DNA of 64,000 nt from an uncultured Gammaproteobacteria bacterium. Lineage in GTDB: Bacteria > Pseudomonadota > Gammaproteobacteria > CAWCPV01. Each line of letters begins with the position of its first letter. The first letter of the stretch is position 1. The position numbers and the translations under genes were made by a program. The notes beneath the pieces were generated by a model that was not told where the DNA came from, searched no databases, and worked only from the letters and a program-made list of their open reading frames with translations. This document shows, one piece after another, positions 1 through 9,555 of the stretch. The DNA lies in contig CAWCPV010000016.1 of the NCBI GenBank assembly GCA_963797555.1, positions 160,411-224,410 of the forward strand. Direction: 5' to 3'.

Positions 1-2
1 TT

Positions 3-275
3 GCAGCCCGCTCCATCGCGTGGCAACCAAAGCCGGACGAGTATTTCGACGATACCTGGATTACCGCCAAAGTGAAGGCCCTCTTGCTCAGACAGGACAT
101 CCTGAGCGCTCTGGACATCCATGTCGAGACCCGCAACGGTGTGGTCCAGCTCGCCGGCTTCGTGAAAAAGCCGGAACAGATCGCGCAGGCGGTGAGGGTT
201 GCCGGCAGCGTCCGGGGCGTGAAGCGGGTACAGAACGACCTCCTGGTTGAAGATGCGGGACGACCCGCCGCCTAG
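3..275 (+). CDS. BON-domain (OsmY-like) protein, 5' end outside window
   Basis: Frame open from the window edge: EYFDDTWITAKVKALLL...IHVETRNGVVQLAGFV...VRGVKRVQNDL, the BON signature. Confidence 0.8.
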   Translation, partial: AARSIAWQPKPDEYFDDTWITAKVKALLLRQDILSALDIHVETRNGVVQLAGFVKKPEQIAQAVRVAGSVRGVKRVQNDLLVEDAGRPAA

Positions 276-663
276 AAAGGTCGGCCACTCCCCCTATGGC
301 TGGCGCCAGAAGCATTGTCTGGGCGGCGGCTTGGAGACCGGAAACAAGTGGTTTACCGACCATGAATCGCAACGTTCTCAAACCGAGGTGGAAGCAGGCT
401 CTCAACTGGATCACCCGCCTCCGGGGTAGTGCGACCGGCGGCGAACTGCATCCGATACGCGCCCCGCGGCACGGGCCGACAGTGCCGCTGCTGCACCACC
501 CATGCCGCCGCACGAAAGCGCCGGAACCCCGGCTAGACCGTCTGTCTGCCGCGAAGTGGGCGACGACGACGTTGGCGGACTCTCCAGGGGGTCTGACGTT
601 AATTACTCTGTCCGGTTGACGACAACTAGAATGGCCGCTCTGTAGTGTAGGCGGTAGTTGTCG

Positions 664-1429
664 TCAGCTCTTGTTCGATACCTCCTGGTTGCGGGTTGCT
701 TGGCGCTTTCGGTAGCTCTGCCCGTTGAGTTCGATGATGTGGGCATGGTGGACGAGCCGGTCGATGGCGGCGACGGCCATCATGTTGTCGGGGAAGATCG
801 CATCCCACTCGCTGAAGGGGTGGTTGCTGGTGATCAGGAGACTGCCGCTCTCGTAGCGGTGGGCGATGAGCTCGAAGAGCACGGAGCTTTCCATCTCGGT
901 GCGCTTGACGTAGCCGATGTCATCGAGGACGAGCAGCGGGTACTTGTCGAGCTTGGCGAGCGCATCGCTGAGCCTGAGGGCCTGTTTGGCGGTTTGAAGC
1001 TCCTGGACGAGGCTGGTTGCCGAGGCGAAACGCACCCGCACCCCTTGGCTGATGAGCCCGTGCCCAATGGCTGCGGCGAGAATGGGTTTTGCCGACGCCG
1101 GAGGGCCCGAAGAGCAGGAGGTTGTCGGTGCGCTCGACCCAGGTGGCATCCTCGGCGAGCTGCACGATCTGCTGGCGGTTCAGCCCGGCGCTGGCCGTGA
1201 AGTCGAAGTGCTGGAGCGTCTTGCCCGCGGGCAGGCGGGCATCGTTGAGGTGGCGCTCCAGGCGCCGCCGCTCGCGTTCGGCGAGCTCGTGCTCGCAGAG
1301 CGCGGCGAGATAGTCGGCGAGGCTCCAGTGGTGCTCGAGGGCCCGGGTTTGCAGCGGTTGATACAGCCGTGCCATGGTCGGCAGGCGCAGCTCCCTGAGC
1401 AGCAGGGGCAAGGTGGCGGCGTTAGCCAT
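664..1429 (-). CDS. istB: IS21 helper ATPase IstB (frameshift near 1085)
   Basis: LRELRLPTM; Walker A GPSGVGKTH, continued in another frame as LAAAIG...LLVLDDIGY...ITSN...AAIDRLVHH. Confidence 0.9.
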
Positions 1430-2951
1430 GGCACACCTCCTCGGCGGCACTGCGGTGGGTGGCGGGCAGGAGCGCGTCATAGTCGGCCAGCGGGTGCTGA
1501 GCAGTGGCGCCGAGAGGGAGCGTCGCGGGGGCTGGCGGTGCGAAGCGTTGTTGCAGGGCGCTGAGCGTGGGCGATAGGCCTCGCTCCAGGGCGGCCAGCC
1601 AGTGGGTCCCCAGGGCCTCCTGGCACTCGTGCTCGGCGGCGAGCTTGAGTGCGCCGACCATGCGCTTGCAGGCGTCGGCGGGCGCAAGGGTAGCGTCCAG
1701 ATGCTGCCAGATACGCTGATAGGTGGCATCCGGAAGCAGGGCGTCGCGGTACTGGAGCCGATAGAAGGCGCGGGGCTTCTTCACCAGCCATCCCACGAGA
1801 TGGCGATAGTCGATGCGGCTCGCCCGGCGCTTGCCCGGGGCCGGGTAGACCCGCGGGAGGATGAGCAGGGCCTCGGTGCCGAGGAACAGCTCCAGGCGGG
1901 CGTCATAGAGGTGCACCCGCAGGCGCTCGCCGATGAGCCGCGCGGGGACCGAGTAGACCACCAAGCGCACGGTGATGGTGCTGGCGGTGGTGACCTTCAC
2001 CCACAGCTCGGTGTAGTCGGCCGCGAAGGTCACCGGCAGGGGCCGCAGATGGGGGCGCTCGGCCTCGATGGCGGTGGCGTTACGCCGGTTGACGGCGGCG
2101 GTGACGGTGTCGAGAAAGTCCTGGTAGGACGCCACCGAGGGGAACTCGGCACTGCCCCGGGCCAGAAGGCGCTGCACGATACGGCGCTTCAAATGCCCGT
2201 GGGGTGACTCGATGCTGCCGTTCTCGTGGCAGGCCCCGGGGTTGTTGCGCGTCGGCCTCATCCCATAATGGGCGCAGAGCGCCGCGTAGCGCGCCGCAAG
2301 GTCGTGCTGGGCCTCAGCCGAGAGGTTCTTGAACGCCGCCGAGAGGCTGTCAGTGCGGTGCTCGGCCGGTGCACCGCCCAGGCGCAGCAGCGCCTGGCTG
2401 AGCCCCTCGGCGAGCGCCGTGAAGCTCTCCCCGCCCAGCACCACCCGCACCGTGCACCAGCCGCTGTAGGCCAGGCGGAAATGGTAGAGGCGGTGGGCGA
2501 GCGGCTCGCCGGCGATGGTGACGGTGACGTCCTTGAGCACGGTGAAATCCGACAAACCCCGCAGTCCCGGGACCTGCTGCTGTGGGAACATCACCTCCTT
2601 CTCGGGTCCATGCGCCGCCCGCCAGGCCTTCACCCGGCGCTGCAAGGTGCGCAATAGCTTGTCCGGGTACTGGCCCGGATGGCGCTCCTGGAGCCCTTCC
2701 AAGAGCGTCAGCGCGTGCAGTGCCGGGGTGTGCTCAAGCAGTGGGACCAGCTCGCTGTCCCACACGGTGTCAAAGGGGTCGCGGCGCGTTCGATACCGCC
2801 GCGCGCCCCGCGGTGCTCGACGCTCGTCCCGCTCGTCAAGACGGCGCGCCGTGCGCTCCGAGAAACCCGCCTTGGCGGCGGCGGTTACTTGGTTCTTACC
2901 TGCGGTTCTCTGTGACATATAGACCTTGACCTGTTGCGGTGTGACGGCCAT
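1422..2951 (-). CDS. istA: IS21 transposase IstA
   Basis: N-terminal HTH, RTLQRR, SDFT, HRTDSLS, HENGSIESPHGH and YSVP motifs. Overlaps the istB start. Confidence 0.9.
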   Translation of the reverse strand: MAVTPQQVKVYMSQRTAGKNQVTAAAKAGFSERTARRLDERDERRAPRGARRYRTRRDPFDTVWDSELVPLLEHTPALHALTLLEGLQERHPGQYPDKLLRTLQRRVKAWRAAHGPEKEVMFPQQQVPGLRGLSDFTVLKDVTVTIAGEPLAHRLYHFRLAYSGWCTVRVVLGGESFTALAEGLSQALLRLGGAPAEHRTDSLSAAFKNLSAEAQHDLAARYAALCAHYGMRPTRNNPGACHENGSIESPHGHLKRRIVQRLLARGSAEFPSVASYQDFLDTVTAAVNRRNATAIEAERPHLRPLPVTFAADYTELWVKVTTASTITVRLVVYSVPARLIGERLRVHLYDARLELFLGTEALLILPRVYPAPGKRRASRIDYRHLVGWLVKKPRAFYRLQYRDALLPDATYQRIWQHLDATLAPADACKRMVGALKLAAEHECQEALGTHWLAALERGLSPTLSALQQRFAPPAPATLPLGATAQHPLADYDALLPATHRSAAEEVCHG

Positions 2952-3052
2952 CCCTCCCCCCGAAGCATCGGATGTCAGAACGCCGCCAGTGTGGCCGATC
3001 AACCGGACAAAGTAGTTGTCGCCAACCGGTCAACGTAATTGTCGCTCTATAG

Positions 3053-4422
3053 TCCACCCTGGCGTGCTTGCCGCATCGCGCATACGCCTCAACGGTCGAT
3101 ATAGCCGCTTACCCTTATCCATATAAGGACCCCTACATCGCCACGACAACCGCATCCATCATGAAATGGCGCAGCAATCCCTCGCAGGAGGATGCTGTTA
3201 CCAGGAGAAGTCTCGAAATCAAGGTATTGGATTACCGGAATGACATTTATCTGTTGGAGGGAATGGGAAGACTCCGGTTCCAGTTCTACCAACAGAAAAC
3301 TCCGGCACCGCTGATATTCATTGTCCCCGGCCTCGGCGCCTCCGCTTTCTCCGGGTCCGCGTCCTATGTCGGGGAATTGCTCGCTGACCACGGGTTTCAC
3401 GTCCTCATTCTCCCTTCCCCTTTCAACTGGAATTTTGCGCTGGCAGCGAGCCGCTCGGGAGTCCCTGGTTTCACGAAGGAGGACAGCGAAGACCTGTACT
3501 CGGCGATGCAGCTAACCCTGGGTTACGTCGGGGAGCACTATCATGCGCAGATTGACCGAATCGGGCTCCTCGGTCTGAGCGACGGGGCACTCTATGCCGC
3601 ATACCTCAGCAAACTGGATTCCAAGCTAAAGCAACTCCACATCGCTACCTACCTATTGGTGAACTCGCCGGTCGACCTGATGGAAGCAATCGGCAAAAAT
3701 CGACGAGATGTCGAGGCTTGCGGAGAAGTTTGGAGCCGAACAGACGGCACGTATAGAGGCCTATGCCGTGGGGGTGGTGATGGCAGCCCTCAGCAACGAA
3801 TCTGACAGTCCATTTAGCGACCCAGATTACTTCGCTCATTGGGACAAGCGCTTCCGGCTCACAGACGAGGAGATCCAATACCTGTTCGGAAAAGAGCTGG
3901 AGCTGCCCGTGGGAGACGTGATATACGTGCACGCTCTGGTCCATCCTACAGGCTTGCTGCGGACCTCCATCAGCGACGAACACCGCAACGATCGCTTCAA
4001 TGAAGCTCACTCATATACTCTGATGGACTATGTGAAGGTATTTCTCATGCCTAGACTGCAGCAAGTAGCGGGTGAGCCAGCCGACACTCAGGCGTTGAAT
4101 CTTCACTTCTCGCTAAAAGGGGGTGGAGAGCACGCTGATGAGAAACAAGAACATCTTTGTCATGCACAATTTAGACGACTTTCTGGCTTCCCGTGCAGAC
4201 CTTGAGTATCTGGAGGGGGTGCTGGGCGACCGGCTGAAGCTTTATCCGTATGGCGGCCACTTGGGTAACCTCTGGTGCCCGCAGAATAGACGGGACATCG
4301 TAAGCGTCTTCAGGCCGCTGTTGAGACCCGGTGAGAGCCAACCCACTATGCCATCGGGCTTATTATATTCGTCATTGCACCCAGCGGGCCTAGCTGGAGC
4401 TTGTGTCCCCGAGAGGGGTTGA
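3053..4422 (+). pseudogene. Alpha/beta-hydrolase-fold exported protein, 5'-truncated by IS21, split over three frames
   Basis: YPYKDPYIAT, APLIFIVPGLG, GFHVLILPSP, GLSDG nucleophile-elbow-like motif, HNLDDFL and YPYGGHLGNL across ORFs 3068-3805, 3708-4205 and 4123-4422. Confidence 0.7.
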
Positions 4423-4442
4423 GCTGGGTTGAGCCCGTGTCG

Positions 4443-5634
4443 TTATACACATCTCGGGCTCTGTGAGGCCCGTTGTGCGTCCATGGCGAGCACGAAGTCG
4501 CGGGTTCGCTGCAGCCCGATCCACAGGCTTTGCGGACCCGGGAAGCCGTCGCCCTTGCGATTGAGGAAGCCGCCGAAGCTCGCCACCATACGCACCATCG
4601 CATCGAGCGAGGGGGGTGTCTCAGGCGGGGGCTGGCGCTTGGTGACGATATACACCGCGCGCCATTCCTCCTCGGCGAACACCACGTTGCAGGGCATCTG
4701 CGGGCAGTCGCGCCCGAGCAGGGTGAGGTAGAGCACCCGCCAGGCGATGATGAGGTAGAAGGCGAGCGCGGGCTCCAGGCGTTCGAAGGTCTCGAGCTGC
4801 AGCTTCTCGATGCGGCAGCCGCTTTTGAGGATCTTGAAGAACACCTCGATTTGCCACCGGCAGAGGTACCTTGGAGCTTCTCCAGGGCCTGCTCGGCGGT
4901 CTCGACGGGGAGGCTGGTGAGGAGCAGCCACTCGATGGGCTCCTCGCCCTGGGGCGGGTCCACCTCGCGGGCCAGCACGGCGCTCACCTCGATGTCCGCC
5001 AGGGTGCGGTCCGAGCGATGCGGGGCCTTGAAAGTGAGGCGTGCGACGCGCAGTTGCTGGTGGATGCACCGCGCCGGACGCCTAGCGGTGGCGGGCAGGT
5101 CGAATTCGGCCTCGGCCAGCACCGGCGTAGAGGTCGGCCTCGCGGTCGGCGACATAGACCAACCGGGTCTCGGGCAGGGACTCGATGAGCTCCGAGACGC
5201 GTCGATAACCCTCCAGCCAACGCAGGCTCTCTTTTTCCTCGATGGGCCGGCGGCCCCCAAGGGCACCCGCTCGGGGTCACGGCGAGGGTGGGGTGCAGGT
5301 ACAATCCACGGCGGGTCTCGTAGTTGAGCGGGCCCAGCCCGACGATGTCGTTCTTGCCGCTATAGTCCCCTTCCGTGGTGTCTTGGATGCACAGCACCAC
5401 CGAGTATTCGCGCATACGCTGCTCGGTGCAGGCGTAATGGGGCTCGAGCACCGCCTGGGCGGTGACCTGGTCGAACAGCCGATAAGCCGCCAAGGTCTCG
5501 GCCCAGCCGCCACAGGCGGTGGGAATGCTCTGCATGGGATGGGCTCCCAGCTTCTCCAGGGTGCGTCGCGCCCGGCGGTTGAGGCGCGCATCACCCAAGT
5601 CGATGGCGGCCAGCTCCTCGGCCAGGGCATTCAT
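4443..5634 (-). pseudogene. IS50/Tn5-like DDE transposase, frameshifted and internally deleted
   Basis: ELAAIDLGDARLNRR, VLCIQDTTE, EWLLLTSLPV, Y.CRWQIEVFFKILKSG (YREK) and GGFLNRKGDGFPG (Tn5-type dimerisation region), spread over several frames. Confidence 0.85.
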
Positions 5635-6484
5635 GCGGCTCCCCCGAGCGCCCGGCGAAAGCGGCCATCGAGCGGATACACATAGACATCCTTGATGGGC
5701 AGCGCCTCACGGTGGTCTGCCCCAGATGATGCCAGTTGGCCGCCCGGTAGCAGGTGCCCGCGAACCGGCCGGCCTCGACAAAGGTCTCCAGCAGCACCGG
5801 GCGTACCCCGTAGCGCTCTTCGAACTCGCCCGGCACCTGCCGCGCGGCCCGCCCGAGGACCTTGGAGGCCAGGTTCGCCACCCGCACCCACGGCAGAATG
5901 AGAAACCGCGCATGGTTCAGCACCTGCCCCAGGTGCTGCGCACGGCTTGGCGCATCCCAGCCAATCCAGCGGTCGCGCACGCCCACCTTCCAGGCCGCGG
6001 CCCCGAAGCCCATGGCCCCCACCACACCCGCGTCCCAGCGAATCAGATAGCGCAGCTGGGCACCGGGCAGCGGCCGGTAGCCCAAATAATGGTACCGGTC
6101 GATGAGCCCATTCCACAGCGCCGAGTCCGCCGGGTCAGCAACCGGCGCCAAGTGCAGACCCTGCAAATCCCGCACTGCGCCCACCACCGGTACCTCAGCG
6201 GGCCAATCTTGCGGCTCGCGCGACAGCCCCTTCCCATTGCCGTTACCGTTGCGCGGCGCCGGCAGCTCAATCCAGCCTGCCCGATGCAGCCGCAGCAGCC
6301 CGACTCGACAGCTCATCAGCTTGGGCCTACCGGCTGCATCGGTCCACCCCAGCACCCGACACACCCGCCGCGCCACCTCGGCTCGCACTCGGGGCTCCGC
6401 CAGCCGAGCCTCCCGCCGTATGCTCTCAAGCTCCCCTGCGCTCAGCACGCGCCCACCCAACCACCTCGGCAACCCCTTCTCCAT
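5631..6484 (-). CDS. DUF4338 (DruA-like) protein, frameshift/deletion near 5710
   Basis: WNGLIDRYHYLG...GAQLRYL...RDRWIGW...NHARFLILPWV...LASKVL...PVLLETFV...GTCYRAANW. C-terminus IKDVYVYPL is in the next frame. Stop overlaps the transposase ATG (ATGA). Confidence 0.8.
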
Positions 6485-6778
6485 CTGCTCCCCCTCGTCA
6501 CCTGGTGAACGATGGGGGCATTGAATCAGCTTCCGGGGGCTGTGTCCAGAGGGGCAGCAGCCCTAGCTACGGGGAGATGTGTATAACGCCATGACCACTA
6601 CCCGAAGCTTGCGCAGCGGATGCTCCCGCGGTATCCGGGCCTCCAGTGTGCGGTAACTGAACAGCGCTGCTTGCGTGATGTCGGCGCCTCGCATCGGCTC
6701 CCCCCTCGGCGGTGCTCGCCAGATGCGCGCATTATCCCATAGGCCTACTACGGTGTGCGGAGTTTTTCAACATCCTGT

Positions 6779-6853
6779 TAAGGCGCGTTTCCGCTACTGC
6801 GACCCCGGCTGTCGCTGCCTTCCGCAAAGTTGCAGCCACTCGCAGTGCTGTGA
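6779..6853 (+). pseudogene. C-terminal tip of a group II intron-encoded RT/maturase
   Basis: ...FPLLRPRLSLPSAKLQPLAVL* lies immediately before domain V. It resembles the C-terminus of endonuclease-less intron-encoded proteins. Confidence 0.55.
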
Positions 6854-6863
6854 ACCATTCTCC

Positions 6864-6940
6864 GAAGAGCGTAGTGCGGGAAATCTGCTCGCTACGTTCT
6901 GTGGGAGCCGGAGGCGGGTGACCGCCTCTGGCGACCCGGT
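6864..6940 (+). ncRNA. Group II intron domains V-VI (3' remnant)
   Basis: GAGCGTAGTGCGGGAAATCTGCTCGCTACGTTC is a DV hairpin with AGC triad and GAAA loop. It is followed by the DVI hairpin CCGGAGGCGG-GTGA-CCGCCTCTGG and GACCCGGT. Confidence 0.8.
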
Positions 6941-7054
6941 ACCGGGGACGAGCCAACGTACGGTTGAGATATTGTGGCACCGCCGGGAAACCAGGCGGCC
7001 AACGGAGAACACCAACTTCAACCTACCCGCTGGTAAGGCCCCGGTCTACTCTCC
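6941..7054 (+). ncRNA. Extended domain VI and 3' end of a second group II intron
   Basis: ACCGGGG...CCCCGGT stem, internal CCGCCGGGAAACCAGGCGG hairpin, and terminal CTACTCTCC resembling the CTACTCTAC branch-A/3' end. Confidence 0.55.
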
Positions 7055-7071
7055 GATGGATTGTGTGGAGA

Positions 7072-7195
7072 GAGAACTCGAGAATGAATCTGCTGCGCGT
7101 CCCGTGGCGGCGTTGCGCGGTGCCCGCTCCTCGCCTATCGGCTTGACGCGTCTGGTCGCCGCGCTCGGTGCGTCCCGCTCTCGGGCCGTTCCAGA
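7072..7195 (+). repeat. Degenerate copy of the ~140 bp MITE family
   Basis: CTGCGCGTCCCG..GCGGCGTTGCGCGGTG..CGCTCCTCGCCTATC...CTCTCGGGCCG matches the 60929-61145 copy. Confidence 0.7.
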
Positions 7196-7722
7196 ATGTC
7201 GCGCCAGTCAATCTCGTCCGGGGCGAGGGATACCGCCGTCCGAGACCCCTGCCTGAAATCCCAAAGTCCGAGGTTGTTAAAGGAAGCGAAGGCACGGAAA
7301 AATCCACCCCGCCCGACACTCCAAAATCCACCTTTTTACGCGGCTCTATTAGGCAAAATAGTGGCTCCAAGGGGACGGACGGTGACACCTTCTGGCGTGG
7401 CGTTGGATCGGGTCAGCGGCAGCCTGAAGTTGTGGATAATGGGATGGGCCGCAGGGCCCTCGTTCGCGCTAAGGCTTTCGGTCGAGGCGATATGGTATCG
7501 ACGGGCGGCGGCACGGTGGCTATCATTAGTAGCGCTACCGGTCGGTCGGACGGTGGCTCGATCGCTTGCCCGTGATGTACATCACTCACTCGAGATCGCC
7601 AGAGCGGATAACGACAGTGTCCTAAACGGTGGGTCCGCAACGGGAACAGTCTGCACCCGCGGATGTCTTGTAGAGGGTAGGCTGGTCTGGTCGTCCATTT
7701 GTCAGTTGAATAAGGAGACTCT

Positions 7723-7971
7723 ATGCAACATCGTAGCTTCAGTGCTTACCTCCGCACCCTTTCTGACGACGAGCTCCTCGCGTTGCGGCGCCGGGCAGCC
7801 GCGGAGATAGCAAACCGGAGGGCTCACGGGAGTCGGGAGCAGGAGAACCTACGGAGGCAGTGGGAAGACTTGGCAAAGAGGGCGGGACTGACGAAGGAGG
7901 AATGGACCACCCTGCTTGGGCCAGCGAAGCCGGACGCAGTGCCAATTGCAGACCGCACCGATTCCACATGA
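7723..7971 (+). CDS. Small protein resembling the H-NS N-terminal oligomerisation domain
   Basis: RBS TAAGGAG. LSDDELLALRRRAAAEI...LAKRAGLTKEEWTTLLG resembles short proteobacterial H-NS N-termini. No KYR..W.GRG DNA-binding motif. Confidence 0.5.
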   Translation: MQHRSFSAYLRTLSDDELLALRRRAAAEIANRRAHGSREQENLRRQWEDLAKRAGLTKEEWTTLLGPAKPDAVPIADRTDST

Positions 7972-8289
7972 TGGATGCGCAGATACGCTGGGATTCCCAC
8001 CAAGAGTCCGAGTAGGCGCTCGCTTTTTCCCTCCCGGGCCATAACGCGATGGATGTCCGCCGCATGCTCGGCCAGATCGAGGTGCGGAGTGGCGCCTTCT
8101 TTGGGCACGGTCGGAACCCCAGGCCGTCGCCTCCCGTCTCAGCGACGCCGCCGACGGCCAGACTCGGATTCAGAGGCAGAGGCGATCCGCGCCGAGCGGA
8201 TACGGGAAACCCGTACAGTCCATGCGTGCTTGAGGTCACTGAAGGCGCACCGATGCTGTTCGCACGGTTAGGCGAGCCCGCTCGACGCG

Positions 8290-8468
8290 AGCGCTTGGCG
8301 TCCAGGATCGACTCGTACGCCTTCATGCACTTCTTCGTACTCCACTCTGCGCCACAGCCTCTCGACAAAAGACGTTATCGATCCAGCGCCCGCGTCCGTC
8401 CATACTGATGCGGATGCCATGAGCCAAGGAGCACGCTCGTGAAATCTTTGTCGGTGAACTGGTTGCCC
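8290..8468 (-). pseudogene. Degenerate IS3 orfB fragment
   Basis: Near-copy of 32105-32285 (ISMDGRGRWIDNV.VERLWR..YEEV..KAYESILDAKR) with indels. Confidence 0.8.
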
Positions 8469-8594
8469 AGACGGATCTTCCCCCGAGGATCTCACTTCGA
8501 AGCGGCGTGAAAGCTGCTGGCTGAGCGGGCTTCAGGGTATTTTCGTACATCATCATGTACCCATGTAATTGGTCGATATCGTCAGGTATATCTG

Positions 8595-8623
8595 TTGACA
8601 TGTTGGTAAGTATGTGAAATAGT
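8595..8623 (+). promoter_or_regulatory. Sigma70-like promoter of the IS1634 transposase
   Basis: TTGACA-N17-AATAGT just upstream of the start codon. Confidence 0.4.
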
Positions 8624-8630
8624 AGTGGCC

Positions 8631-9555
8631 ATGTACATCAACGTCGTGCCGAATCGCCAATCGCCCCCCGCGACACTGCTGCGCGAGTCTTACCGCGAAC
8701 AGGGCAAGGTCAAGAAGCGCACCTTGGCGAATCTGAGCAAACTTCCAAGCGAGGTGATCGAGCACCTTCGCCAGGCCTTGGCAGGGCAGGCTATGGCGGT
8801 CAAAGAAACGATCTGTGGTGCTATCTACGGCCTGTTATTCGTGCTCAACGAATTGGCCCGCCAGTGCGGAGTGCAGGAGGCCTTGGGCGGCTCCCGCAAA
8901 GCGAAGCTGGTGCTGTTTCTGGTGCTGGCGCGTATCGGGCATCAGGGCTCGCGATTGTCCGCCGTGCGCTGGGCGCTCGATCACGCCGTCCAAGCGGTGC
9001 TCGGGCTGAGCGCTTTCGATGAAGACGACCTTTATGAGGCGTTGGATTGGGCAGCCTCACAGCAGCAGGCCATCGAGGACCGACTGTATCAGGACGCGGT
9101 GCGCCGCACGGCTCAGACGCCGGCTCTGATGTTATTACGATGTCACTTCCTCTTGCTTGGAAGGCGAGCAAAACGAGCTCGGGGCCTATGGCTATCACCG
9201 CGATGGCAAGAAAGGCAAGCCCCAGATCGTGATCGGCTTGCTCACCGCCAAAGATGGCGAGCCGCTCAGTGTGGAAGTCTTCGAAGGCCATACCACCGAC
9301 CCCCAGACGGTCGGCTCTCAAGTGGAGAAGCTCACCGAGCGGTTCCACGTGAAAGAGGTGGTTCTGGTGGGCGATCGGGGGATGATCAAGGCCCAGGGCA
9401 AAGAGTTCCTGAACCAAGCGCATCTCAAGTACATCACGGCTCTGACCGACCCGCAAATTCGGAAACTCATCAAACAGGACGTCCTTCAGCCCGATCTCTT
9501 CGATGAGCACGTGGTGGAGGTCCATCACCAGGGCAAGCGTCTGATGCTGCGCTGT
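8631..9555 (+). pseudogene. IS1634-family transposase, frameshifted and 3'-truncated
   Basis: MYINVVPNRQSPPATLLRESYREQGKVKKRTLANLSKLP; YDVTS..EG..NELGAYGYHRDGKKGKPQIVIGLL; VGDRGM. Confidence 0.85.

Larger units (their letters stand above)
590..3051 (-). mobile_element. IS21-family insertion sequence (istA-istB)
   Basis: istA and istB between imperfect inverted ends: left TTAATTACTCTGTCCGGTTGACGACAACTA, right TAGTTGTCGCCAACCGGTCAACGTAATT. No clear target duplication seen. Confidence 0.85.
4436..6593 (-). mobile_element. IS4-family (IS50/Tn5-like) element carrying a DUF4338 gene and a transposase
   Basis: 19-bp terminal IRs CGTGTCGTTATACACATCT (4436-4454) and AGATGTGTATAACGCCATG (6575-6593) enclose both genes. 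Confidence 0.85.

Noticed and set aside
362-590. MNRNVLKPRWKQ as a CsbD-like start next to the BON gene
   Set aside because: The similarity stops after about 12 residues.
5631-6484. Complete Druantia system
   Set aside because: No druE helicase or other dru genes are present, and the gene lies within IS ends.
7290-7335. AAAATCCACC direct repeat as an IS21-like end
   Set aside because: There is no proper terminal TG spacing or transposase, so it is too weak to call.
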